Positions 1 to 9,276 of a stretch of DNA of 64,000 bases are shown here, piece by piece. Within the stretch, counting starts at the first letter, position 1. The number at the start of each line of letters is the position of its first letter. Source of the DNA: Desulfovirgula sp. GTDB lineage: Bacteria; Bacillota; Desulfotomaculia; Desulfotomaculales; Desulfocucumaceae. A program made the translations under genes and the position numbers. The DNA lies in contig DYET01000052.1 in NCBI GenBank assembly GCA_020725625.1, positions 20,805 through 84,804 on the forward strand. Direction: 5' to 3'. Below the pieces are notes generated by a model. The model was not told where the DNA came from. It was given only the letters and a program-made list of their open reading frames with translations, and did no database searches.

Positions 1-311
1 CCCCCGGTGGCCCCGACGTCCCACTGGTTGGCCGGCAGGGCTTCAATCTGAGGCATGCCGGAGTCAAAGTAGACCAGTTTCAGCTCCACCCCGGCCTTTT
101 TATCAAGGCCCTCCTGAATGGCCTGGTAGGTGTGGAAGGTTTCGAACTCGGGCTGGTGGCTGACGCGGATGACGGGCAGCTTGCCGGACCCTGAAGTCTT
201 GTCCTTGCCCGAATCGGCTGATTTTCCGCAGCCCACCGTGCCGGCGGCAACCAGGATCAGTGCCAGGAAAAGTCCCATGATCTTGTAAAACCTGCTGGAT
301 TTCGACCTCAC
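1..311 (-). CDS. ABC transporter substrate-binding lipoprotein, NitT/TauT family (N-terminal ~103 codons only; gene continues past the window start); candidate taurine-binding component
   Basis: Absent from the ORF track because there is no stop in the window. The reverse frame is open from 1 to a GTG at 309-311, with AAGGAGG 6 nt upstream. Translation VRSKSSRFYKIMGLFLALILVAAGTVGCGKSADSG...PVIRVSHQPEFETFHTYQAIQEGLDKKAGVELKLVYFDSGMPQIEALPANQWDVGATG shows a signal peptide and lipobox Cys, then an SsuA/TauA-like start. It lies directly downstream of the cognate ATPase gene. Confidence 0.75.
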   Translation of the reverse strand, partial: MRSKSSRFYKIMGLFLALILVAAGTVGCGKSADSGKDKTSGSGKLPVIRVSHQPEFETFHTYQAIQEGLDKKAGVELKLVYFDSGMPQIEALPANQWDVGATG

Positions 312-412
312 GAATGAACCTCCTTTGTAGTGTTAGTCTTCTTTCAACCGGTTGCTGAGCGAATGTTGGCGGTTTCCTTTCAGCATCCCCCCTCCCGGGA
401 CTGTTTTGCGAA

Positions 413-1177
413 TTACCACCACTTTATCAAATCGGTAACCCGCTTTCTGATTTCGACGAATTCGGGGTCCCGGAAGTCCCTCGGCCTAGGCAGGCCGACC
501 GGAACCTCGGCCTTGACGGTTGTCGGCTTGTTGCTCAGGACCAGGATCCGCTCGGCCAGGTACACCGCCTCTTCGATGTTGTGGGTGACGAAAATCACGG
601 TGCTCTTTAACTCGCGCCATATCCTCACCAGCTCGTCCTCAAGGTAGTAGCGCAGCTTTACGTCAAGCTGACCGTATGGCTCGTCCATCAGGAGGAGGTC
701 GGGATTGACCGCAAAAGCCCTGGCGATGGCCACGCGCTGTTCCATGCTGGAGGAAATCTGGTTGGGATAAAGGTCGGCGCTGTCCGACAGCCCCACCAGA
801 TCCATGATCTTTTTTAACCGGCTTTCCAGTTCATCCCTGGGCACCTTCTTGACTTCCATGCCGTAGGCTATATTTTCCTTGACGGTGCGCCAGGGCATGC
901 AGGACGGCTCCTGAAAGACGAAGGATATGTTGTGTTTTTTCGGGTCAGCCTCCTCACCGTCAATCATGATGTTTCCCCTGGTGGGTGGGATCAGTCTGGA
1001 CAAAAGGTTTAAAAAGGTCGTCTTGCCGCAGCCGGTGGGACCCACGATGCAGAGCAACTCTCCTTCGGCCACCGTGAAGGAGATGTCGTCCAGCACCAGC
1101 AGGTCTCCGAACTTCTTGGTCAGGCCGTTGACGGAAACCTTTACCTTCCTTTTCCCGTTCTCGGACAAGGTCTGCAC
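413..1177 (-). CDS. ABC transporter ATP-binding protein, NitT/TauT (TauB/SsuB-like) family
   Basis: 254 aa with Walker A GPTGCGKTT, signature SSSMEQRV and Walker B LLLMDEP. GTG start preceded by GAGGGG. Confidence 0.9.
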   Translation of the reverse strand: MQTLSENGKRKVKVSVNGLTKKFGDLLVLDDISFTVAEGELLCIVGPTGCGKTTFLNLLSRLIPPTRGNIMIDGEEADPKKHNISFVFQEPSCMPWRTVKENIAYGMEVKKVPRDELESRLKKIMDLVGLSDSADLYPNQISSSMEQRVAIARAFAVNPDLLLMDEPYGQLDVKLRYYLEDELVRIWRELKSTVIFVTHNIEEAVYLAERILVLSNKPTTVKAEVPVGLPRPRDFRDPEFVEIRKRVTDLIKWW

Positions 1178-1232
1178 CCCTCAGATTTTATTAGGTGTTG
1201 CAGTATAAAAATTTAGTATCATCGCCATTAAC

Positions 1233-1265
1233 CCAATTGGGTAAGGAAGGACCTTACCCAATTGG
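1233..1265. repeat. Perfect 14-bp inverted repeat CCAATTGGGTAAGG-aagga-CCTTACCCAATTGG between xsc and the ABC ATPase gene
   Basis: Read directly: left arm 1233-1246, right arm 1252-1265, 5-nt loop. It lies 10 nt after the xsc stop codon in the direction of transcription. Confidence 0.9.
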
Positions 1266-1275
1266 AGAAAATGTA

Positions 1276-3012
1276 CTACCAGTTTCTGTGATCCAGGTGG
1301 GCGTACTTGGGCAGGAAGCGGGTGGGCAGGGCCAGGGCGTCCCTCCTGAAGGGAGGGGCCAGCTGGGTACCGTCCACCACGAACTCGAGAACGCAAGGTT
1401 TTCTCCTTTTTATGGCTTCGAGCACGGCCTCGCCGACATCCTCCGCCCGGTCGATCCTCGCCCCCTCGGCGCCCATGGCCCTGGCCACCGGCACAAAGCT
1501 TTCGGGGTTGGGGATGTCGACGCCGATAAACCGGTTGTTGTAAAAATCAACCTGGTTCTTTTTCTCTGCGCACCAGCCCATGTTTCTGAACACGCAGGCG
1601 ATTACCGGCAGGTTGTGCTCCACGGCGGTGCTTACCTCGTGCAGGCTCATACCCCAGGCCCCGTCACCGATAATCGCCAGTACAGGCGCTTCCGGGCAGC
1701 CCATCTGCGCGCCCAGGGCGGCGGGGTAGGCGAAGCCGGTATTGCCGAAGGTAAGGGCTGCGATGTGCTTCCGGCTCTTGGTGAATTTAAGGTAGCTGTT
1801 GGCGGTGGAGGACACGTTACCGATGTCGGTGGCCACTATGGCGTCGGCCGGAAGAACCTTGCACATCTCCAGCAGCGCCCTCCGGGGATTGATGGGATTT
1901 CCGTCCGCCATGGCCAGGGAGACTATTTCTTCTTCCCATTTCTGTTTTTTGGCCGCCACCTCGGCCAGGCGGTTCCCGTCGGGCCTGCGGTCCGGGTCTC
2001 CGGCCTTGAGGCGCTTGAGGATCTCCACGCCGGCCTCCCTGGCGTCGCCGATGATGCCTACCTCGATGGGGTGAGTCCGGGCGATGTGCCTGGGGTTGAT
2101 GTCGATCTGGATTATTTTGGCGTCTTCCGGGAAATAGTTGATATCATACTGCGGCAGGGTGCCGAAAACCGAGAGCCTTGTTCCGACGGCCAGGATTACG
2201 TCGGCCTCCGCCAGTGAATGCATGGCCGCCTTGGATCCCATGTAGCCGATGGGACCCACCCAAAGGGGGTGGTCGGCGTAAAAGGCATCGTTGTGAAGGT
2301 AGGACACCGCTACCGGGGCGGTCAGGTGTTCGGCAATTTCTTTTACCACATCTAGGGCGTCGGCGTCAACAGCACCCCTGCCGGAAATTATTACCGGCCT
2401 TTTGGCCCCTGCCAGGATCCGGGCGGCCCTGTCCAGGTCCTCCGTGCAGCCGCAGCCGCGCCTGTCCACGCGGTACTGGTGAGGCTCAAGAATCCTGTCT
2501 TCCAGTTCGCCGTAAAAGTAGTCCCGGGGAATGTCGTAGAGCACCGGGCCGCGGTCGGCGTAGGCGATCCTGAAGGCCGTCCGCAGGCAGTCGGCGGCCC
2601 TTTTGGGGTGGGGAACCCTGACCGTTGCCTTGGTGATGGCCCTGAATACCGACACCTGGTCGCACTCCTGGAAGCCGTCCCAGCCTATGGTGGGGGTGCC
2701 GGCCGAAGGCGATATGATGACCATGGGGGTGTGGCCCATGTTGGCGGCGGCCACCGAAGTGACCATATTGGTAATCCCGGGGCCGTTTTGGCCGGTCACC
2801 ACCCCGCATTTCCCCGTCACCCGGGCGTAGGCGTCCTCCATGTGGGCCGCGCTCTGCTCGTGCCGGACCGAAATAAATTTGATTCCTGCCGCCGGGAACA
2901 GGTCCAGCATGTCCATGAAGGCGGATCCCACTATCCCCGTGACGTGGTCGACCCCTTCCGCCAGCAGGGTTTCAACGATTGCTTCACTGGGTGTCATCTT
3001 TACCTTTGCCAT
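1276..3012 (-). CDS. xsc: Sulfoacetaldehyde acetyltransferase (thiamine-diphosphate enzyme)
   Basis: 578 aa. The N-terminus [67 protein letters not shown]...[10 protein letters not shown] matches my memory of Xsc sequences and the ThDP-enzyme fold. A GDGAWGM ThDP motif lies near the C-terminus. Flanked by a class-III aminotransferase, Ald and a TauT-type ABC importer. Confidence 0.75.
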   Translation of the reverse strand: MAKVKMTPSEAIVETLLAEGVDHVTGIVGSAFMDMLDLFPAAGIKFISVRHEQSAAHMEDAYARVTGKCGVVTGQNGPGITNMVTSVAAANMGHTPMVIISPSAGTPTIGWDGFQECDQVSVFRAITKATVRVPHPKRAADCLRTAFRIAYADRGPVLYDIPRDYFYGELEDRILEPHQYRVDRRGCGCTEDLDRAARILAGAKRPVIISGRGAVDADALDVVKEIAEHLTAPVAVSYLHNDAFYADHPLWVGPIGYMGSKAAMHSLAEADVILAVGTRLSVFGTLPQYDINYFPEDAKIIQIDINPRHIARTHPIEVGIIGDAREAGVEILKRLKAGDPDRRPDGNRLAEVAAKKQKWEEEIVSLAMADGNPINPRRALLEMCKVLPADAIVATDIGNVSSTANSYLKFTKSRKHIAALTFGNTGFAYPAALGAQMGCPEAPVLAIIGDGAWGMSLHEVSTAVEHNLPVIACVFRNMGWCAEKKNQVDFYNNRFIGVDIPNPESFVPVARAMGAEGARIDRAEDVGEAVLEAIKRRKPCVLEFVVDGTQLAPPFRRDALALPTRFLPKYAHLDHRNW

Positions 3013-3045
3013 ATTCCCATCCTCCAGACGTTGTATATATGGTGA

Positions 3046-4422
3046 TTAATTCAGGCTTTCAAGGGCGCAGCGCAAAGCGGAGACGATCCTGTCGATTTGG
3101 TCCTTGGTTACCACGAAGGCGGGGGCCAGGTTGATGATGTTGTTGCCGTTGGGCATGCTCCTGTTGGTCCGGCCCACCAGAACCCCCTGGGCCAGCGCGC
3201 TTGAGACCACCTTTCCGATCACCTGTTCGCTTGCCGGGGCCTTGGTGGCCCTGTCCTCGACCAGCTCTATGCCCGCAAACAGGCCGCGGCCGCGTATGTC
3301 CCCCACCATCGGGTGGGATGAAAGCACTTCTTTCAGGCTTTCCAGAAGGTAGCCGCCCATCTCGGCACTCCTCCGGCACAGGTCCCGTTCTTCCACGATC
3401 CTGATGCTTTCCAGGCCTGCGGCGCATGCCGCGGCGTTGCCCCCGTACGTGCTGATGTGTCGGAAGTACTTCAGCTTGTCGGCCGGGTCGTTGAGGAACC
3501 GGTCGAATATTTCTTTTTTCACCATGGTGGCCGAGAGGGGCATGTAGGAGTTGGCTATGCCCTTGGCCAGCGTCACCATGTCCGGGTCGACGTTCCAGTG
3601 CTGGTGGCCGAACATTTTCCCCGTCCTGCCAAAGCCGTTGACCACCTCGTCCATAATCAGAAGGACCTCGTATTTGCGGCAGGTTTCCTGGATGATGTCG
3701 TAATATCCGTCCGGCGGTATGATGACGCCCCCGCCCGCGGTTATTGGCTCCAGGATGACCGCCCCCACCGTGTCCCCGCCCTCGGCCAAAATCAGCTTTT
3801 CAAGGAACCGGGCGCATTCCAGGTCACAGGAGGGATATGTTTTGCCGAACTTGCAGCGGTAGCAGTACGCCGCCGGGATTCCCAGAAAGCCCGGAACCAT
3901 GGGTTCGTACCCCATCTTTCTCTCCGGCTGGCCGGTGGCGCTCAGGGCGGCCATGGTGGTCCCGTGATAATCGCGCTCCCGGTATATGATCTTGTATTTG
4001 TCCATGCCGGGGTACTTGAGGCGGAAGTACTGCCTGGTCATTTTAAAGGCGGCTTCGTTTGCTTCGGAACCGCTGTTGGAAAAGAACACCTTCTGCAGGT
4101 TCGGGAGCAGGGAGGTGAGTTTTTCCGCCAGTAAAATCGACGGGACATTACCGGCGGTCATCGCGTAGTAGGGCATTTCCCTTAACTGGTCGTAGACGGC
4201 CCTGGCGATGGATTCCTGGCCGTAGCCCAGGCTGACGCACCAGACCCCTCCGGAAACGGCGTCAAGGTATTCCCGGCCGCGAATATCTTTCAGGATACAG
4301 CCCTGCCCCTCCACCATCACCAACGGCTCCTGAATCTCAAAAACCCTGTGCTGTACAATGTGGTGCCAAACATGCTCCCGGTCAAGCCTGACCAGATCTT
4401 CGGCGCTTTCCCTGTTAACCAC
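3046..4422 (-). CDS. tpa: Class-III (omega) aminotransferase, probable taurine:pyruvate aminotransferase
   Basis: 458 aa with the typical class-III pattern (SGSEANE, DEV..GFGRTG, a Lys in the TLAKG region). GTG start with GGGAGG 7 nt upstream. The substrate assignment rests on context (xsc, ald, Tau-type importer). Confidence 0.7.
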   Translation of the reverse strand: MVNRESAEDLVRLDREHVWHHIVQHRVFEIQEPLVMVEGQGCILKDIRGREYLDAVSGGVWCVSLGYGQESIARAVYDQLREMPYYAMTAGNVPSILLAEKLTSLLPNLQKVFFSNSGSEANEAAFKMTRQYFRLKYPGMDKYKIIYRERDYHGTTMAALSATGQPERKMGYEPMVPGFLGIPAAYCYRCKFGKTYPSCDLECARFLEKLILAEGGDTVGAVILEPITAGGGVIIPPDGYYDIIQETCRKYEVLLIMDEVVNGFGRTGKMFGHQHWNVDPDMVTLAKGIANSYMPLSATMVKKEIFDRFLNDPADKLKYFRHISTYGGNAAACAAGLESIRIVEERDLCRRSAEMGGYLLESLKEVLSSHPMVGDIRGRGLFAGIELVEDRATKAPASEQVIGKVVSSALAQGVLVGRTNRSMPNGNNIINLAPAFVVTKDQIDRIVSALRCALESLN

Positions 4423-4470
4423 CGGAACGACCTCCCATTTTACAAACTAAAATTCGCTTTTCGCCGGTGT

Positions 4471-5589
4471 TTAGTTGATCAGCTGGTTGAGCGGGGTATA
4501 TTCAAGGCCGAGGGAGTCGGCCACTCCCTTGAAGGTAACCCTCCCGTCCAGGACGTTCACCCCGAGGGCAAGGGCTCCGTCCTCCAGGATCGCTTTTTTA
4601 TAGCCCTTGCCGGCGATTTTTAAGATGTAAGGCAGGGTGGCGTTGGTCAGGGCGAGGGTCGAAGTCCTGGCCACCGCCCCCGGCATGTTGGCCACACTGT
4701 AATGGACGACGCCGTGCTTGATATAAGTGGGATTTTCGTGGGTGGTTATCCGGTCGACGGTTTCCACACATCCTCCCTGGTCGATGGCCACGTCAACGAT
4801 AACCGAACCCCCGGACATTTGCCGCACCATTTCCTCGGTTACCACCTTAGGGGCCTTGGCTCCCGGCAGCAGCACCGCCCCCACCAGCAGGTCGGCATCC
4901 CTGACGGCGTCGGCCAGGTTGTAGTAGTTGGAAATCAAAGTCTTGACGCGGAAACCGAACATCTCGTCCAGCACCCTGAGCCTTGCCGGATCCTTCTCCA
5001 CGATGACCACCTCGGCTCCCATGCCCAGGGCTATTCTGGCGGCGTTGGTGCCCACGATCCCGCCGCCGACGATGACTACCCTGGCCGGCAGCACCCCCGG
5101 CACCCCGGACAAGATCACGCCCTTGCCGCCGTATTTTTTGGTGAGCAGCTGAGCCCCGACCTGCACGGACATTCTTCCCGCTATCTCGCTCATCGGTGCC
5201 AATAGGGGGAGGGACCTGTCCGGCAACTGGACGGTCTCATAGGCTATGGCTACAACCCTCCTGCTCATCAGGGCCAGGGTGAGGTCGTATTCGGGAGCCA
5301 GGTGCAGGTAGGTGAAGAGAATCTGTTCCTCCCTGAACAGGTCGTACTCGGACGGCTGCGGCTCCTTGACCTTCACGATCAACTCGGCGGCTTCGTATAT
5401 TTCCCTGGCGGTGCCCGCAATGACCGCGCCGGCGGCGGAGTAACTCTCGTCGCTGAAGCCGCTTCCCTCTCCGGCCGAGCTTTCCACCAGGACTTTATGC
5501 CCGTCCCTGACCAGGGCCGTTGCTCCCGCAGGGGTCAATGCAACCCGGTTTTCACTGTTTTTAATCTCCTTGGGTATGCCTACGATCAC
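4471..5589 (-). CDS. ald: Alanine dehydrogenase
   Basis: 372 aa. MIVGIPKEIKNSENRVALTPAG... and the VIVGGGIVGTNAA Rossmann motif are canonical Ald. Confidence 0.92.
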   Translation of the reverse strand: MIVGIPKEIKNSENRVALTPAGATALVRDGHKVLVESSAGEGSGFSDESYSAAGAVIAGTAREIYEAAELIVKVKEPQPSEYDLFREEQILFTYLHLAPEYDLTLALMSRRVVAIAYETVQLPDRSLPLLAPMSEIAGRMSVQVGAQLLTKKYGGKGVILSGVPGVLPARVVIVGGGIVGTNAARIALGMGAEVVIVEKDPARLRVLDEMFGFRVKTLISNYYNLADAVRDADLLVGAVLLPGAKAPKVVTEEMVRQMSGGSVIVDVAIDQGGCVETVDRITTHENPTYIKHGVVHYSVANMPGAVARTSTLALTNATLPYILKIAGKGYKKAILEDGALALGVNVLDGRVTFKGVADSLGLEYTPLNQLIN

Positions 5590-5766
5590 CTGTAAACAAC
5601 CCCTTCAAGCGATATTTTTCACAAGCCTTGACATTTAAGAACATTTTTTTTACAATCTGTCTGTGGAAATATATTATAGCTATTAATTATGCACGCTTCT
5701 TTCTGGAAGCGTATTTTTTTCCTGAAACGCCCCATAGACCACCCCCGACTGGAAGAGGGAAGAATG

Positions 5767-6492
5767 TCAGCCTCTTCTCCTGGCCAGATTAATCCGGAAG
5801 GCATACATGTCGGCCCGGAAAACACCTCTTAAGTATTCAACCGGAGTCCCCTCGGGGTCGTGGATGATGCGCTCCGCCACCATCACACAGGCCGACTCGG
5901 GGATGTCCAGGTGCAAAGCCTCCTCCCTGGTCGGCAGGGCACTGCTGATAATCTGTTCCGCCTCCCACAGCGTGATGCCCAGGCTCAACTCCAGGATGTC
6001 ATATAAAACGGCCGTGTTTAAGTCGAATTCGGCCAGCTTGAGTCCTATTTCCAGGGGGTAGTACTGCCTTTCAATGGCTATGGGAATCTCGTCTGCATAG
6101 CGCAGCCTCTCTATGACGTAAAACTCGTCGACACCGAGGGTGTCCGATATTTCCCGCGGATTTTTTTCCCTCCCCTGGTACAACAGGCGTGTGCTGGGCT
6201 TCATGCCCATTTTTTCGACAATCTCGTTGTAGGTGCTTATATTTCCCAACCATTCCTCCACCGGGCGGTGGGAAATAAAAGTACCCTTCCCGTGAATTTT
6301 TTCCAGGACGCCCTCGCGAACAAGCTCTGAAATAGCCTGCCGGACAGTCGACCTGCTGACTGAAAACCTGTCCATCAGTTCCCTCTCGCTGGGAACTCTC
6401 TGCCTGATATCACCGTTCAAAATCTCCTGTTTAAGCAATTCCTTCAACTGAACGTGGAGCGGTATCGGGCTCTTAAGATCGATTTCCCCCAC
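5767..6492 (-). CDS. GntR-family transcriptional regulator, HutC subfamily (wHTH + UTRA effector domain)
   Basis: 241 aa. N-terminal PLHVQLKELLKQEILNGDIRQRVPSERELMDRFSVSRSTVRQAISELVREGVLEKIHGKGTFI is a GntR wHTH. The C-terminal half is UTRA-like. Confidence 0.88.
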   Translation of the reverse strand: MGEIDLKSPIPLHVQLKELLKQEILNGDIRQRVPSERELMDRFSVSRSTVRQAISELVREGVLEKIHGKGTFISHRPVEEWLGNISTYNEIVEKMGMKPSTRLLYQGREKNPREISDTLGVDEFYVIERLRYADEIPIAIERQYYPLEIGLKLAEFDLNTAVLYDILELSLGITLWEAEQIISSALPTREEALHLDIPESACVMVAERIIHDPEGTPVEYLRGVFRADMYAFRINLARRRG

Positions 6493-6515
6493 AGGTTCAC
6501 ACCTCGCAACGTCAT

Positions 6516-6567
6516 GACGTACGTACCACTTATCAGGATTATACTGTCAGAGAATGTGCCGTGTCAA
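6516..6567 (-). promoter_or_regulatory. Promoter of the GntR gene (TTGACA-18-TATAAT) with operator-like box AGTGGTACGTACGTC 7 nt downstream of the -10
   Basis: Minus-strand reading: TTGACA (plus 6562-6567), TATAAT (6538-6543), box (6516-6530). The same 15-mer recurs at 7835-7849. Confidence 0.6.
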
Positions 6568-7775
6568 TACACACGTGGTACTTTTTCCGCTATGGTCTTA
6601 GTCTCCCGGGCAATCATCTTCTCTTCGTCGGTGGGGATGACCAGTGCCCTCACCGGCGATCCCGGCGCCGAGACATCCGCCTCCACCCCCTTTGCGGCGT
6701 TCTTTTCCCCGTCCAGAAATACGCCCATACAGGCTAGGTAGGAACAGATCCGGGACCTTACGCCGGGAGAGTTTTCGCCGATCCCCGCGGTGAAAACGAT
6801 GGCATCGAGGCCCCCGAGGGCCGGAACCAGGGAGCAGATGCCCATGGCCGCCCTGTAGGAGAACATCTCGATGGCCAGGTTCGCCCGGGCGTGGCCTTTT
6901 AGGGCCGCCTCTTCCAGGTCTCTGAAGTCGCTGGAAATTCCGGAAATCCCCAGTGCGCCGCTCTTTTTGTTCAGCACCTCCAGTACCCTGCCCGGGCCGG
7001 AACCCTCTTTTTCGGCCAGGAAGCCGACAATGGCCGGGTCGATGTCCCCGCAGCGGGTTCCCATCATCAGCCCCGCCAGGGGGGTGAGGCCCATGGTGGT
7101 GTCTTTGGATTTGCCGCCGTCAACCGCGCAGAGGCTGGACCCGTTTCCAAGGTGGCAGGTGATCATCTTTAGGTCCTCGATCCGGCGCCCCAGCAGTTCT
7201 GCGGCCCTCGAAGCCACGTATTTGTGGGAGGTGCCGTGGAAGCCGTATTTCCTTACCCGGTATTTTTCATAGTATTCGTACGGTATGGCGTACATGTAGG
7301 CATGGTCCGGCATCGTCTGGTGAAATGCCGTATCGAAAACGGCCACCTGTAAAGCATGGAAAATAAGCTTTTGACAGACCCGGATGCCCATGATATTGGG
7401 GGGGTTGTGCAGGGGGGCCAGTTTGCCGCATTCCTTCAGGATTTCCAGCACGCCGCCGTCCACCGCCACCGGGCTTTGAAAGTACTCTCCGCCGTGCACC
7501 ACCCGGTGGCCGACGGCCTGGATTTCCCCCGTTCCGGCTATCACCGCTAAATCCCCGCCGGTCAGGGCGCCGATGATCGCCTTCACGGCCTCGTAGTGAT
7601 CCGGCAGCGGGATGTCCAGGCTGAGGTCCCCCCGATCCGGAACGTGGTGAAAGAAGACCGACCCCGGCATGCCTATCCGGTCCGCCATCCCCCGGGCCAG
7701 CACCCGGTCGCGGTCCATGTCAAAGAGTTTGTACTTTACTGATGAACTTCCGCAATTAAGCACCAGGATCTTCAT
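6564..7775 (-). CDS. ackA: Acetate kinase
   Basis: MKILVLNCGSSSVKYKLFDM... is the canonical AckA N-terminus. The track ORF starts 3 codons earlier at a GTG (7784). ATG 7775 has GGGGTG upstream and fits the family start. Confidence 0.93.
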   Translation of the reverse strand: MKILVLNCGSSSVKYKLFDMDRDRVLARGMADRIGMPGSVFFHHVPDRGDLSLDIPLPDHYEAVKAIIGALTGGDLAVIAGTGEIQAVGHRVVHGGEYFQSPVAVDGGVLEILKECGKLAPLHNPPNIMGIRVCQKLIFHALQVAVFDTAFHQTMPDHAYMYAIPYEYYEKYRVRKYGFHGTSHKYVASRAAELLGRRIEDLKMITCHLGNGSSLCAVDGGKSKDTTMGLTPLAGLMMGTRCGDIDPAIVGFLAEKEGSGPGRVLEVLNKKSGALGISGISSDFRDLEEAALKGHARANLAIEMFSYRAAMGICSLVPALGGLDAIVFTAGIGENSPGVRSRICSYLACMGVFLDGEKNAAKGVEADVSAPGSPVRALVIPTDEEKMIARETKTIAEKVPRVY

Positions 7776-7834
7776 CTGCCACACCCCGAATCGTTGATCT
7801 CACTGAAAAAATGCCTGCCAAGGAAAGGCATCCG

Positions 7835-7884
7835 GACGTACGTACCACTGATTAATTATAACTTTTCCCGGCAAAAAAGATCAA
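7835..7884 (-). promoter_or_regulatory. Promoter of ackA (TTGATC-18-TATAAT) with the same AGTGGTACGTACGTC box 5 nt downstream of the -10
   Basis: Minus-strand reading: TTGATC (plus 7879-7884), TATAAT (7855-7860), box (7835-7849). It is followed in the 5' UTR by hairpin AUGCCU-9nt-AGGCAU plus a U6 run (plus 7806-7831). Confidence 0.6.
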
Positions 7885-8045
7885 TAGCCTGCTTTGGGGT
7901 AGGGGAAGGGTGCATGTAGGGAAGACCGTGAAATGACCGGGAGGGGGAAGGCGGCCCCGGACATTTCAATCAGATGGTATACATTGGGTATATATTATGG
8001 ATGGATCTTGATCTTTTTTTTCCCCCTTTACACGTTGTCAGGTGA

Positions 8046-9275
8046 CTAAGGTGCCTTCCCGTAGGATTTTGCCAGGATCTCCGCGGGATGCAGCACTTCC
8101 ATGGAAAGATTGCGCCTTTTGATTCCGTGCATCAGCTGGATGCGGCAGGACGGGCAGGAGGTGGACAGTATCCCGGCGCCTGTGCGCCCGGCGTTGTCCA
8201 ACTTGCGGTTGAGAATTTCCATGGACAGCTGGTAGTGAAATATGTTGAAGGTTCCCCCTCCGCCGCAGCAGCGGTCCGCCTCCGCCATCTCCACGAACCT
8301 TACCCCTGGAACGTTGGTCAGCAGCTTCCGGGGAGCTTCTTTTATCTTCTGGTATCTAGACATATGGCAGGGGTCGTGGTAAGTTACAACGGCGTCCACG
8401 GGATTGTCCCCAGGCGCCAAGACGCCTGCCAGGAACTGGCTGATATCAGTCACCTTCCGGGCGAAGCCCGCGGCGGCCTCTTCCTCCGGCTCCCCGGCCA
8501 ACAATTCCCAGTATTCCTGGAGGGTGGAACCGCAGGAGGCGCAGTCGGTCAATATTACGTCCACCGGCAGGCTGGCAAATGCCCGGATATTCTGTACAGC
8601 CAGCTGCCGGGCGCCTTCCAGGTCTCCGTAGTTCCTGTGGGCCACGCCGCAGCATACCGTGTCTCCGGGAATGGCAACCTCAAATCCGTGCTTTTCCAGG
8701 ACCTTTATTGAAGCCTCAATCACTTGGGGAAATACGTTGTTGTCCATGCAACTCAGAAAGAAACCCACTTTTTTGCCGCCCCGCTTAAAACTGAGGCCGG
8801 CCAGCCGGTCCCTGAACGTCTGCCGGGGCAGCGGCGGCAGCATGTTAACCCTTAAGTTCACCGTCCGGGGCAGAAGCCTTGACAGGCCGGTGTTTCTAAC
8901 CAGCTTTACTTGGTTTAGGACCTTGGAAAAGCGCTCCGGCCTGTTCATCACCCCGCGCAACAAAAGGTGGCGGACCAGGGGTTGTCCCTTGTTCGCGGCG
9001 AATTTGGCCCTGGCGGCCCTGATAATCCTGTCGGTATTCACCCCCGGCGGGCAGTTCTCTGCGCACGCACGGCACCCCAGGCAGAGGTCGAGGTAGTTCC
9101 TCATCTTGGGGGTTAGTTCCTGGCGTCCGTCCAGGTATTCCCTGATCAGTCTAAGCCTGCCCCTGGCCACGGCCGGCTCCCTCTGGATCACGGCGTAAAC
9201 GGGGCAGACGGAGGTGCAGGCCCCGCATCGCATGCATCGGTATATTTCATCTATGAATTCGCTGACGGGCTTCAT
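8046..9275 (-). CDS. (Fe-S)-binding protein with two 4Fe-4S motifs and two CCG domains (GlcF / LutA-like subunit)
   Basis: 409 aa with CMRCGACTSVCP and CLGCRACAENCP ferredoxin motifs, then cysteine-rich CCG repeats (VCCG, CCGGGG). Confidence 0.85.
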   Translation of the reverse strand: MKPVSEFIDEIYRCMRCGACTSVCPVYAVIQREPAVARGRLRLIREYLDGRQELTPKMRNYLDLCLGCRACAENCPPGVNTDRIIRAARAKFAANKGQPLVRHLLLRGVMNRPERFSKVLNQVKLVRNTGLSRLLPRTVNLRVNMLPPLPRQTFRDRLAGLSFKRGGKKVGFFLSCMDNNVFPQVIEASIKVLEKHGFEVAIPGDTVCCGVAHRNYGDLEGARQLAVQNIRAFASLPVDVILTDCASCGSTLQEYWELLAGEPEEEAAAGFARKVTDISQFLAGVLAPGDNPVDAVVTYHDPCHMSRYQKIKEAPRKLLTNVPGVRFVEMAEADRCCGGGGTFNIFHYQLSMEILNRKLDNAGRTGAGILSTSCPSCRIQLMHGIKRRNLSMEVLHPAEILAKSYGKAP

Positions 9276-9276
9276 C

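Noticed and set aside
1195-2217. Long ORFs antisense to or overlapping well-supported genes. Examples: 1195..2217, 2479..3045, 3457..4134, 4702..5205, 9214..10083, 13822..14874, 15498..16283, 21158..22183, 25137..25883, 36479..37261, 38095..39105, 40055..41011, 41414..42379, 42728..43753, 46395..47285, 47641..48375, 49621..50634, 54772..55821, 56730..57380, 60566..61168.
   Set aside because: Their translations are Arg/Gly/Pro/His-rich low-complexity strings with no family resemblance. Each lies opposite or out of frame to a gene with clear conserved motifs. Such shadow ORFs are expected in GC-rich DNA.
5627-5656. Plus-strand TTGACA-18-TACAAT promoter-like element in the ald/GntR intergenic region, pointing antisense into the GntR gene.
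   Set aside because: The spacer is AT-rich, so hexamer matches arise easily, and there is no plus-strand ORF or terminator downstream. An antisense RNA cannot be supported from sequence alone.
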